From a virus (taxonomy: Duplodnaviria > Caudoviricetes), in the IMG/VR virus record IMGVR_UViG_3300016484_000639, positions 1 through 25,762 of that record: a stretch of DNA of 25,762 nt. One strand, given 5' to 3'. Under the pieces are notes generated by a model. It was not told the origin of the DNA. It made no database searches and saw only the letters and a list, made by a program, of their open reading frames with translations. The first letter of the stretch is position 1, and each line of letters opens with the position of its first letter. The translations under genes were made by a program, and so were the position numbers. Shown here piece after piece: positions 7,208-15,995 of this stretch.

Positions 7208-9721
7208 ATGTCGTATGTTATTCAGACAAGCTCTAATACAGATCAATTACGTAACATTCATGTAATTTTGGATACCATTGATCCTATCCATGCTAGGCTT
7301 CCTCTATTTGCTAACCAGCTTTCAGAAGATGTCTGGAAGGATAAATACGCTTACAAAGCGGCTAATGAACAAACACTCAAAGAAACAGCCCAACGTGTTG
7401 TTGATGGTGTGTATCGTGCAGAGCGAAAAACAGCAGCAAATGTTTTTGAATCTGATGCTGCGATGATTATGCGCGATGCTACGGTTGATGCAATTGTAAA
7501 AGGTTTATTCATGCCTGCAGGGCGTATCTTAGCAGGTGCTGGAACCACTAAACGCGTTACACTGATGAATTGCTATGTGAACTCTCATGTTGAGGATTCA
7601 ATGCAAGGAATCATGAATTCATTAACGCATTGCGCTCTTACGATGCAGCAAGGTGGTGGTGTAGGTACGTGTTTCTCGTCTATTCGCCCAAAGAATTCCA
7701 TCCTTAAAGCCCTTGGAGAAGGTGCTGCAGCCTCTGGCCCACTTCCATTCATGGATATGTGGAATGCAATGTGTCAGACAATCATGTCTGCAGGTTCTCG
7801 TCGTGGCGCTATGATGGCGACGCTTAGCGATACACACCCAGATCTGATTGACTTCATTAAGGCAAAGCAAACTCCAGGAAGGCTGACCAACTTTAATTTG
7901 TCCATCTTGATCTCAGATGCCTTCATGGAAGCGGTTCATGACAATGAAGAGTGGTTGTTGTATTTCCATACTGAACCAATTGCAGGATCTCGGGAACCTG
8001 AAATTGCTGAATATGACTTTGTTGATGATGATGGACGTCAACAATATGTATACAGTGTTTGGAAGGCTCGTGAATTGTGGGATTTGATTACCCATGCAAC
8101 CTATCAATATTCTGAGCCTGGTGTAATCTTCATTGATCGCATCAATCAGATGAACAACCTCCAATACCTGGAAACAATTGATTGTACAAATCCTTGTGGT
8201 GAACAACCGCTTCCACCACATGGTACTTGTAATTTGGCTGCGATCATTTTGTCGCGTATGGTGTTGAACCCATTCACACCTCAAGCAACATTCAACTGGG
8301 ACCTTCTTCGTACTGTCACACGTCTGGGAGTTCGCTTCCTGGATAATGTCATTGATGTCACCAACTATCCTCTTGACGAACAAGAATATGAAGAAGTTAA
8401 CAAAAGGCGTCTAGGTCTGGGAATTACAGGACTTGCAGATGCTCTTGCACAGCTTGGATTGAAGTATGGTTCAGTTAAGGCATCTAAGTTTGCAAATGAT
8501 GTCATGCAAGCAATTGCAATTGCTGCATATGATTACTCGGTAGACCTCGCCATTGAAAAAGGTAAGTTTGCTTTGTATGATCCAGTATTCTTAGAGCAGG
8601 GATTTGCTGCAAAGAAAATGCCTGGGTGGCTTCGCAAACGAATTGAAGATCATGGTATCCGTAATGGACTTCTACTCACCATTGCACCCACTGGGACAAC
8701 ATCTATTGTGTTTGGGAATGTATCGAGTGGTGTTGAACCTGTGTTTGCACATCATATGAAGCGTAAAGTATTGCAGAGGGACAATTCGTGGAAAGACTCA
8801 AACAACTACAGCTTTACACATATGCTGTGGTGTGTTGCGAATAATCTGCCCTTTGATACTGAAGTGATGCGACCTGAACACCTCGTAACCGCATCAGACT
8901 TAACCATTCAAGAACACATCAGAATGCAAGCAGCATGTCAAGAGTGGGTTGATTCGTCTGTATCCAAAACAGTTAACATTCCAACTGAAATGTCCTATGA
9001 TGATTTTGTGAGTGTATATGCACTTGCGTATGGATCTGGATGTAAAGGATGCACTACTTACAGGCCATCCGAAGTCCGTGGATCTATTTTGGAAGAGGTC
9101 TCCAAATCTACCATAGCCAATACTCCAGGCGCTAACAGCAATACATCTGACAATCCACCTAAAGTTTCCCCAGAAACTCTTGGACGTCCAGATATCTTGT
9201 ATGGTGCAACTCATAAAGTACGTTGGCCATCGATGTCTGCTGCAATGTATATCACCATCAATACCGATGAAAACGGTAAGCCCTATGAAATGTTCTTCGC
9301 ATCCAAAGATGCAAGACATTCAGACTGGATGACTGCATTGACGTTGATGATCAGTGGTATCTTCCGTTCAGGTGTTGATCCATCATTCATTCCGATTGAA
9401 TTGAAGCAGGTTACATCTATGCATGATACCGCATGGATTAAATCAAAGTTCTACGCTTCGCCTGTAGCATATATTGGGAATGTGATTGAGGGGCATTTGA
9501 ACCACTTGAATACTCCATCTTCACCCACAACCCCAGCAACCGCAACCACTACAACCCCCACACCTCCTGAAGTAAAGGAAGCGCCTCGTGAGTATGCAAT
9601 ACGCACTGAACCCTTGGTTAAGGGAACGAATGAAGTTTGCCCCGATTGCCAAGCTCCTGCAATTATTCGGACTGAAGGATGCCGGAAATGCACCAACTGC
9701 ACCTACAGCTCCTGCGCGTAA
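7208..9721 (+). CDS. nrdJ: Class II (adenosylcobalamin-dependent) ribonucleotide reductase with C-terminal TSCPD-like and zinc-ribbon domains
   Basis: PAGRIL, TLMNCYV, RRGAMM, TNPCGEQPL...CNL, TIAPTGT, SKTVN, GCKGCTTYR; C-terminal MYITIN...PYEMF and CPDC...EGCRKCTNC; no beta-subunit gene nearby. Confidence 0.9.
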   Translation: MSYVIQTSSNTDQLRNIHVILDTIDPIHARLPLFANQLSEDVWKDKYAYKAANEQTLKETAQRVVDGVYRAERKTAANVFESDAAMIMRDATVDAIVKGLFMPAGRILAGAGTTKRVTLMNCYVNSHVEDSMQGIMNSLTHCALTMQQGGGVGTCFSSIRPKNSILKALGEGAAASGPLPFMDMWNAMCQTIMSAGSRRGAMMATLSDTHPDLIDFIKAKQTPGRLTNFNLSILISDAFMEAVHDNEEWLLYFHTEPIAGSREPEIAEYDFVDDDGRQQYVYSVWKARELWDLITHATYQYSEPGVIFIDRINQMNNLQYLETIDCTNPCGEQPLPPHGTCNLAAIILSRMVLNPFTPQATFNWDLLRTVTRLGVRFLDNVIDVTNYPLDEQEYEEVNKRRLGLGITGLADALAQLGLKYGSVKASKFANDVMQAIAIAAYDYSVDLAIEKGKFALYDPVFLEQGFAAKKMPGWLRKRIEDHGIRNGLLLTIAPTGTTSIVFGNVSSGVEPVFAHHMKRKVLQRDNSWKDSNNYSFTHMLWCVANNLPFDTEVMRPEHLVTASDLTIQEHIRMQAACQEWVDSSVSKTVNIPTEMSYDDFVSVYALAYGSGCKGCTTYRPSEVRGSILEEVSKSTIANTPGANSNTSDNPPKVSPETLGRPDILYGATHKVRWPSMSAAMYITINTDENGKPYEMFFASKDARHSDWMTALTLMISGIFRSGVDPSFIPIELKQVTSMHDTAWIKSKFYASPVAYIGNVIEGHLNHLNTPSSPTTPATATTTTPTPPEVKEAPREYAIRTEPLVKGTNEVCPDCQAPAIIRTEGCRKCTNCTYSSCA

Positions 9722-9872
9722 TCTAAGTCTGATTGACTTCCTTACAACAGATCCTAGAGCTTCATTTGAGGCTCTGGGTAAAGAATTCAAGCGACAACAT
9801 ACCACAGCACCCAAAACCTTAATCCGGGAACTAGATGAACTCTGTCATGAAATTGCAATGGAGAAACACAAA

Positions 9873-10556
9873 ATGATACACGCTGAAAAAGATGTTCCAT
9901 TCACTACAGATGCTGCAAAAGCCCGAGAGGTCGCTCAAGCACAAATGAACCCAAAACCCTCTAAGCTTGAGACCGCAAATGATGTGGTTCAAGCGACAAA
10001 ACATGACTATGGTAAAATGCAAGTACATTTAATCCCTGCCCGCGCATATCAAGCTGTTATGGATGAATGGCGTGCATTCCTTGAACCCCCGCAGGAGTCA
10101 AAAGTAGTTCCTGATTACGCATGGCTTGCAATGTCTTTATTACAAGATTTCAAATCAGGTAATGGTGGTACAAACATACTTGCTCGTGCGGGTGTTTGTA
10201 CTATGTTTGCACTGGGTAATGCCGCTACCCCCATACCCGGTGCATCTCCAACAAGAGCTGCTCGCTCTGACTGGATTTGGGCAAAACATGAGGTCTCTAA
10301 AGTTTTTGTGTATGGCGCTGCAAAATATGATGTTGGTAATTGGCATTCGGGAAATGGATTCAAATGGTCTCGGCTCCTCTCTGCCGCTGAGCGTCACCTT
10401 GATTCCCATTTTGCGGGTGAGCTCTTTGACACTGAATCTAAGTTTTACCACCTGGCGCATGCAATGTGTTGTATCTTAATGCTCTTGGAACACATCATTA
10501 CAAGACATGGTGAAGACGACCGTCATCCAGCCCAATACAAATACATCCCTCTCTAA
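9873..10556 (+). CDS. dATP/dGTP diphosphohydrolase (DUF5664 family)
   Basis: KHDYGK...LIP, VFVYGAAKY...NW, AAERHL...GE..DTES..YHLAHAMCC. Start placed at ATG 9873 (GGAG at 9860-9863); the frame is open from 9588. Confidence 0.8.
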   Translation: MIHAEKDVPFTTDAAKAREVAQAQMNPKPSKLETANDVVQATKHDYGKMQVHLIPARAYQAVMDEWRAFLEPPQESKVVPDYAWLAMSLLQDFKSGNGGTNILARAGVCTMFALGNAATPIPGASPTRAARSDWIWAKHEVSKVFVYGAAKYDVGNWHSGNGFKWSRLLSAAERHLDSHFAGELFDTESKFYHLAHAMCCILMLLEHIITRHGEDDRHPAQYKYIPL

Positions 10557-10584
10557 CTTCCACCCCAACACAACAGGAACTAAA

Positions 10585-11274
10585 ATGGCATACGATTCTA
10601 CACTCGGTAGTGAAATTCATAAGTACCTCAAAGATCTGGGTATTGAAACCCCTCTTGCAACCAAACGATTAATTGGTCCAAATACCTCGATAGGCGATGC
10701 TATGGAGATCACTTCACCGTCTTATGTGCTTGAGGACTCATTTAAGACAGTCATTAGTGTAATTGGCTTGGACTTGAATGACGACTCCATTCGAGACACA
10801 CCTAAACGTTTGGCAAAGATGTACCTCAATGAAATTTGCCATGGATTGGATTACTCAAACTTTCCAGCATGTACCACAGTCGAGAACAAGTTCAAATATG
10901 ATGAGCTTGTAGTGGTTCGCGACATTGAAGTTAAGTCTTTGTGCGAGCACCACTTCATGCCAATCATGGGGAAAGCTACAGTTGCATACATCCCCCATAC
11001 TAAGGTTCTTGGCCTTTCTAAATTCAACCGGATTGTAGAGTTCTTTTCCAGGCGCCCACAAGTGCAAGAACGCCTAACTGAACAGATCTCTGCAACACTC
11101 CGATTCATCTTGGGCACCGAAGATGTGGCTGTGATCATTGCTGGTGAACATTATTGCGTCAAGTTCCGTGGAATTGAAGATATGTGTTCAGACACGGTAA
11201 CATCAAAGGTGTCTGGACGCTTCCGCACAAAACCGGAACTCCGCGCAGAACTCACAGCACTTATCAACATGTAA
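10585..11274 (+). CDS. folE: GTP cyclohydrolase I FolE
   Basis: DTPKR, SLCEHH, VLGLSK, RRPQVQERLT, HYC..RG; AGGA SD before ATG 10585. Confidence 0.95.
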   Translation: MAYDSTLGSEIHKYLKDLGIETPLATKRLIGPNTSIGDAMEITSPSYVLEDSFKTVISVIGLDLNDDSIRDTPKRLAKMYLNEICHGLDYSNFPACTTVENKFKYDELVVVRDIEVKSLCEHHFMPIMGKATVAYIPHTKVLGLSKFNRIVEFFSRRPQVQERLTEQISATLRFILGTEDVAVIIAGEHYCVKFRGIEDMCSDTVTSKVSGRFRTKPELRAELTALINM

Positions 11275-11287
11275 CAGGAGGAAGGAA

Positions 11288-11764
11288 ATGCAAAAGGAAT
11301 TTTTGATTTCGTCAGTTGATTTGACATATGATAATGAGTTTGGTCCAGGACAATCGTGGACTGTAGGAAGAAATGAGATCACCAAAATAATCCTAACTGA
11401 CAAGCCGGGAGAGTATTGCGCAATACCATACATTCAGGTTTGGAAAGGTGACTTCTTATTTGCAGAAACATGCCAACACAAAATTGCATGCATCTACTTT
11501 AATCGGCCTGATGCGACCTCAACACCTAAGACCAACGAAGAGTTGCCATTAGTTGAAGCTCCCAAACCTGTAATCAGCGAACCCAAAGTCGGTGAGACCA
11601 AGGTCGGTGAGATTGACCCAAGAGCACTTGACTCATTGGTTGAAGAGGTTAAGGGTACAACAGGATTCGACATCACAGCCCTTAACTTTGAAGCTAAACT
11701 TGAGCCAGAACCAGATACAGGCTCTTTCTTAGCCGCACAGCCCTTCATGCAATATCGCTCATAA
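11288..11764 (+). CDS. Hypothetical protein (small beta-rich N-domain plus P/E-rich tail)
   Basis: AGGAGG SD; last gene of the + arm; contains a 15-bp tandem duplication at 11583-11612 (KVGET-KVGEI). Confidence 0.8.
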   Translation: MQKEFLISSVDLTYDNEFGPGQSWTVGRNEITKIILTDKPGEYCAIPYIQVWKGDFLFAETCQHKIACIYFNRPDATSTPKTNEELPLVEAPKPVISEPKVGETKVGEIDPRALDSLVEEVKGTTGFDITALNFEAKLEPEPDTGSFLAAQPFMQYRS

Positions 11765-11775
11765 CACTAAACAGC

Positions 11776-11812
11776 AAAAGGGCTCGAAGCAGGAGGTTTC
11801 CACTTCGAGCCC
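11776..11812 (-). terminator. Intrinsic terminator for the late/lysis transcript
   Basis: 10-bp perfect stem GGGCTCGAAG/CTTCGAGCCC (11780-11789/11803-11812) followed on the - strand by TTTTGCTGTTT; lies between convergent genes. Confidence 0.7.
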
Positions 11813-11873
11813 ACCAGGAGCAAAGATAGCAGGGACTATCTAAGACCAACCCTCCTGGTATCTGTTAAAGGGG

Positions 11874-12137
11874 TCAACGTGTTAATGATGTCTTCCCCTT
11901 ACAATTATCCCGATAGAACACTTTCACTGATGTCAGCTTGATTTGAGTTACTTCACGCAATGCATCTATTTCAGCATCAGTCAGTTTAAATTCCCCATCG
12001 GAATATAACGTACGCTTCAGCATTTCACAAGCCTCTGATACCGTGACAGGAGACTTCTCTGATCGTCCAAAATCACAGCGCTTTAGACCTACACCACTTG
12101 TAGCTAGTAGGCTTATGCTGATCAAGAGCTTAATCAT
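11874..12137 (-). CDS. Putative o-spanin (Rz1-like)
   Basis: Last gene of the lysis cassette, start overlaps the upstream stop, hydrophobic N-terminus, three Cys; lipobox atypical. Confidence 0.55.
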   Translation of the reverse strand: MIKLLISISLLATSGVGLKRCDFGRSEKSPVTVSEACEMLKRTLYSDGEFKLTDAEIDALREVTQIKLTSVKVFYRDNCKGKTSLTR

Positions 12138-12360
12138 CTTTCAATACCTTGCGGCGTTCTTCAGGCGTCATATCTTTGGATTGTTGGACTGCTTTATCCA
12201 CCATTCCTAAGGCTTCGTTCAAAGCTTGCATTTGGTTTGCAAACTGTTCAGCAGCCCATTGTTTCTTCAATTCAGCCTGGTCTATTTTGCGAGTGATCCA
12301 GTTAGCCAAGGAAAGAAGCCCTAGGGCCAACTGGATCATTTGTTTGGCAGTTAAAGCCAT
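12130..12360 (-). CDS. Putative i-spanin (Rz-like)
   Basis: N-terminal hydrophobic anchor followed by a helical coiled-coil-like region; follows the holin. Confidence 0.6.
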   Translation of the reverse strand: MALTAKQMIQLALGLLSLANWITRKIDQAELKKQWAAEQFANQMQALNEALGMVDKAVQQSKDMTPEERRKVLKDD

Positions 12361-12375
12361 TACATCACGCCTAAC

Positions 12376-12609
12376 TTACACCAACGAGGGCTTTTTGTTA
12401 GGCGTCATGTAAACGGCAATATAACCGACAACCCAGGCAACGCCAGCAGCAATCCACGTTTCGAACTGCGGCGGAATGTCAAAGGCAAGAAGGGCTTCAA
12501 TAAACTTGACCACAACGCCTCCGATGCCATTACCGCTAGATGCTGTCTCTGCGGCTGTTGCAAGCAATGCGCCAATATAAGCCTTGGCTGCTTCAAGATT
12601 GAATTTCAT
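12376..12609 (-). CDS. Putative holin
   Basis: 77 aa with 2-3 hydrophobic segments and a basic C-terminus (TPNKK); AGGAG SD; directly after the endolysin. Confidence 0.65.
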   Translation of the reverse strand: MKFNLEAAKAYIGALLATAAETASSGNGIGGVVVKFIEALLAFDIPPQFETWIAAGVAWVVGYIAVYMTPNKKPSLV

Positions 12610-12699
12610 GTCATTCTCCTAGTTGGTAGTTGGTTATTACCCCAGACTGCTGAGGCGCCATTCTAACCCAAACACATGGTATGTGATTGTGGTTAAACT

Positions 12700-13434
12700 T
12701 TATACCCGGGCTGCTTGAATATGCATCCAGTCGAAATCTTTTGCGGGTCCAAGACCTACCCAACCTTCTTCTGCCCACAACTTCCACCATGTCTTGTAGT
12801 CAGGATGAGCAAATTGTGCGGTTGTATGGTTTTCACGCAAGGTATTTTTTTGAGGGTTCCAATCAACAGCAATTCCATAAGAATGCATTGACCATTTAGT
12901 ACCTCCACGCATAAGGCGCTTTACATAAGAGCCCCCACACACATCAAGGTCTAAACGTTTGATCTCTTCCAACCCATAAGCATCGAGGACTCGTCCAAGG
13001 ACTCTCTCAACACTGTTAGCAACTTTTTCGTGGAAGTCCAAAGTTTTGAACTTGATGTTCATGTTACCTGCATACCATACATCATAAGGCATTTTGACCG
13101 CCACAAGATACTTTGGGATTTTATGCACATTCCCATAATATGACTCTACTGAGCTCTGAGTTGGCCAAATGTTCTTAACGGTTGCAGGGAGCGTAAGGTT
13201 TGAAGGCTTTACAATCTCTGCATCCCGTTCAATGATTGGTTCAGGGAACAAGGTTTTGATTGTTTTTGGGCCTGCAATTCCATCAACATAGAGGCCGTTC
13301 ATACGTTGGAATTCGCGAAGCGCTTTACGAGAGAGCTCCCCAAAAATTCCATCGACCTCTCCTTTGTAGATTCCCAAAGCTTTGAGAGCCTGTTGGATTT
13401 GTTTGGGTGATTTGGTTGGTGCAGTAGTAGCCAT
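12700..13434 (-). CDS. Endolysin: peptidoglycan-binding domain + M15-family Zn peptidase
   Basis: DGIFG...FQR..GL.VDGIAGPKT (PG_binding_1); R...SMHSYGIAVD and DWMHIQ metal ligands; AAGGAGG SD. Confidence 0.92.
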   Translation of the reverse strand: MATTAPTKSPKQIQQALKALGIYKGEVDGIFGELSRKALREFQRMNGLYVDGIAGPKTIKTLFPEPIIERDAEIVKPSNLTLPATVKNIWPTQSSVESYYGNVHKIPKYLVAVKMPYDVWYAGNMNIKFKTLDFHEKVANSVERVLGRVLDAYGLEEIKRLDLDVCGGSYVKRLMRGGTKWSMHSYGIAVDWNPQKNTLRENHTTAQFAHPDYKTWWKLWAEEGWVGLGPAKDFDWMHIQAARV

Positions 13435-13458
13435 GTTTACCTCCTTGGCTGTTAAATA

Positions 13459-15987
13459 TTAACCACAACGATACCAGCATGCTGCCGCAGAACTCCAGCG
13501 CAAGGTAAAGAACCCATCTGCTGCAAGAGTAGTAGGTCCGCCTCTTACTGTTGATCCGTTGCCATTGATTGTCAAAGCTGTGATTGCTGATCTAGATGCA
13601 ACCGTAAGGGCATGACCATCTTTAACGCTTGATGATACAGGAAGCGTAAGAGTATGTCCTGCAATAGTTGCAGTATGGTCAAAGTACAACTCACTTACCG
13701 TAGCTGCCGGTGATGTTGTTCCGCCGTTAGCAGCCACAACACGTGTAACTGCTACAGCCAGAGATTTGGTCAGTTGGAGTGGGCCATTTAGATAGTTTTG
13801 CCAATCAGTGTTCTGATAAATACCCCAACGATTAGCACCAAGCCCAGCTAATCCGCCACTACTAGCCAAATAGAGTTGGTAAGCATTTGTTACAGTCCTA
13901 TTGGCTTGAGAAGCAATGAAATTGATATACACTCCATATGCATCATCGATAGCTACCGCAGGTGTGGCTGAAGATCCGCCGACGTTTATTTGACTATACA
14001 AGCCATAACTACGTGCAATTCTCGCAGTATCACCAGTAAGCGTGACAAGGGCATTTACACTGCGAACATCATCAAAGCGGTTGAAAGCAGCATCACTACA
14101 AGTAATGTTGGCGTTGCATTGAATTACTTGATAATCCCCAAAGCCTGCGGTATTTGATCCTTGATCTGCTTGAATTACATTGTATACACCATACACCGTG
14201 TTGTTAAAGGTTGTAGAGTTTTGAAAGTCTATTTCAACACTATTGTATATTCCATACCAAACGCGTGCCGCAGTAATAGTTTCATGCGTAATGAATATGT
14301 CGTTCCAAATGCCCTGCCTTGAACTGTTAGCGGTGAATGATTTTGTGATATTAACTCCTCTGGATACTGAAGACGGCGATGTTCCAACAACAACTGTATC
14401 TGCCTTAGCTTCACCGGAAATAGTTGCCTTCGCAGCTACAATGGTTGCATCACCTAATGTTCCCGAAGCCGTGAACGAATAGGTATTGGTTGTATCATTG
14501 AAGTCGATGTAAGAGTCAGTGACACCTCCTGTGGGGACTTTGAAGTGTTGTTTCAACCCAATAGTTTGCAACAGATTATTACCCGCATTGCTTGCACCTG
14601 CACCACCACTATAACCCATGTAGGTAGTGTTTGTAGTGCCATCTTGATAAATACCAAATGCTCCCAGAGTATCGAATGCAGGTAAAGACACTTTAACCTG
14701 TGCTTCATACGGCCAGTTGTTAGAAGAAGATGCTCTCATCGCTGCTTTAGAATGAGCTCCAAACACTTCCAATGCATAGTCTTGTTCATAAGATGCAAAT
14801 CGTGCAACACGCGCTTCAATCTTACGCGGATCCAGGATAGCGACTCCGAAGTTGTCATATTCGATAATTGAATTGCCAGAACCAATTACCAAACCTCTTG
14901 AAATCGGAATGATCTTGTATACGCCTGTGGTAGGGATAGAAAAGTCCTCGTTAGTGACATTAGCAACATCAATGGTGTAGGAAGTTGCTCCAATTGGATT
15001 TGAATAACGTCCAGTGACATAACCTGTACCTGTTTTAAGCACAGCAATGAATTCACCGCCATTTGGTGAGAAGTACTCAAACCCTAGGGACCCTACAGCA
15101 ATGTTTGTATACAAACTACCCGCGGTTAGGCTTACTTCAGGGACTTTGGATGCTTCAACCACATACTGATAGTTTTTATTAGCGGGGGGTGTAAATGTAG
15201 TCAATCCTGAAACAGATGTCAAGAAACCGATACTAGCCCCAAGATAGCTACCTGCACGATAAGAAACATCACGCCCAAAAACAAAGATACTCCCACTGGC
15301 GGGAAATGGTAAACCCGCATCAGCAGTCCAATTCAATGCATTATAAGCAATAGTTCCTGAACCATCATACTCAGGCAACATTCGGATTGGAATGCCTGTA
15401 GGTACGATTATATCACCCTTTTTGATGTTGTAGTTTATTCCAGACGCACCTGTGAGTGTTGTTGTTGTTTTCCCGGTATACCTCATGAAGTGTGTAAAGT
15501 TGGTAGAGGTGTTAATAATTAAAGCAGATCCACCCGCACTGGAAAAGTCAGTTGTATCTTCCAGCGTTATGGTTGTGGTTGTATTAAGCGATGCAGGCTT
15601 AGTAACAGCTGCAACAACAAGAGAACCGGCATCGGCAAACCAACCACCAATGATCTTCTTACCCCTAAAAGTATCAGCCATCAGCGTACCATCAATTTTG
15701 TTGGGTACCCCTGAAAGCTGGGTTGAAATTGTTTGCACAGTTTCATCTCCGGAAGATATGTGAGCCCATTTGACATAATAAGTTGTCAATGGTGTAAGAT
15801 TAGGTATAATGAATACTGACTGACGACCTTGCCCGACAAGATCTGCATCTGTAGGGGTGAAGTTATTTACTGTAGAACACCAGACTTTAGTAAAAGCCCA
15901 ATCATCTACGTATTCACCCCCTGTACGTGTGGGGTAATCCAAAGCTAATGTGAGTGATGAAATGCCTGCAGTAATTGTATTTGCCAT
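13459..15987 (-). CDS. Tail fibre / receptor-binding protein
   Basis: T/S/G-rich, beta-rich; N-terminal Fn3-like segment (TTYYVKWAH); YG[IV]Y-type beta-helix repeats. Start set at ATG 15987 behind AGGGGT. Confidence 0.75.
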   Translation of the reverse strand: MANTITAGISSLTLALDYPTRTGGEYVDDWAFTKVWCSTVNNFTPTDADLVGQGRQSVFIIPNLTPLTTYYVKWAHISSGDETVQTISTQLSGVPNKIDGTLMADTFRGKKIIGGWFADAGSLVVAAVTKPASLNTTTTITLEDTTDFSSAGGSALIINTSTNFTHFMRYTGKTTTTLTGASGINYNIKKGDIIVPTGIPIRMLPEYDGSGTIAYNALNWTADAGLPFPASGSIFVFGRDVSYRAGSYLGASIGFLTSVSGLTTFTPPANKNYQYVVEASKVPEVSLTAGSLYTNIAVGSLGFEYFSPNGGEFIAVLKTGTGYVTGRYSNPIGATSYTIDVANVTNEDFSIPTTGVYKIIPISRGLVIGSGNSIIEYDNFGVAILDPRKIEARVARFASYEQDYALEVFGAHSKAAMRASSSNNWPYEAQVKVSLPAFDTLGAFGIYQDGTTNTTYMGYSGGAGASNAGNNLLQTIGLKQHFKVPTGGVTDSYIDFNDTTNTYSFTASGTLGDATIVAAKATISGEAKADTVVVGTSPSSVSRGVNITKSFTANSSRQGIWNDIFITHETITAARVWYGIYNSVEIDFQNSTTFNNTVYGVYNVIQADQGSNTAGFGDYQVIQCNANITCSDAAFNRFDDVRSVNALVTLTGDTARIARSYGLYSQINVGGSSATPAVAIDDAYGVYINFIASQANRTVTNAYQLYLASSGGLAGLGANRWGIYQNTDWQNYLNGPLQLTKSLAVAVTRVVAANGGTTSPAATVSELYFDHTATIAGHTLTLPVSSSVKDGHALTVASRSAITALTINGNGSTVRGGPTTLAADGFFTLRWSSAAACWYRCG

Positions 15988-15995
15988 GATAACCC

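Noticed and set aside
4453-9721. Intein or intron in the polymerase or RNR
   Set aside because: Motif spacing and lengths look normal; no intein C/S...HN termini or homing endonuclease motifs seen.
11770-11866. tRNA gene
   Set aside because: No D-arm, anticodon arm or 7-bp acceptor stem geometry on either strand.
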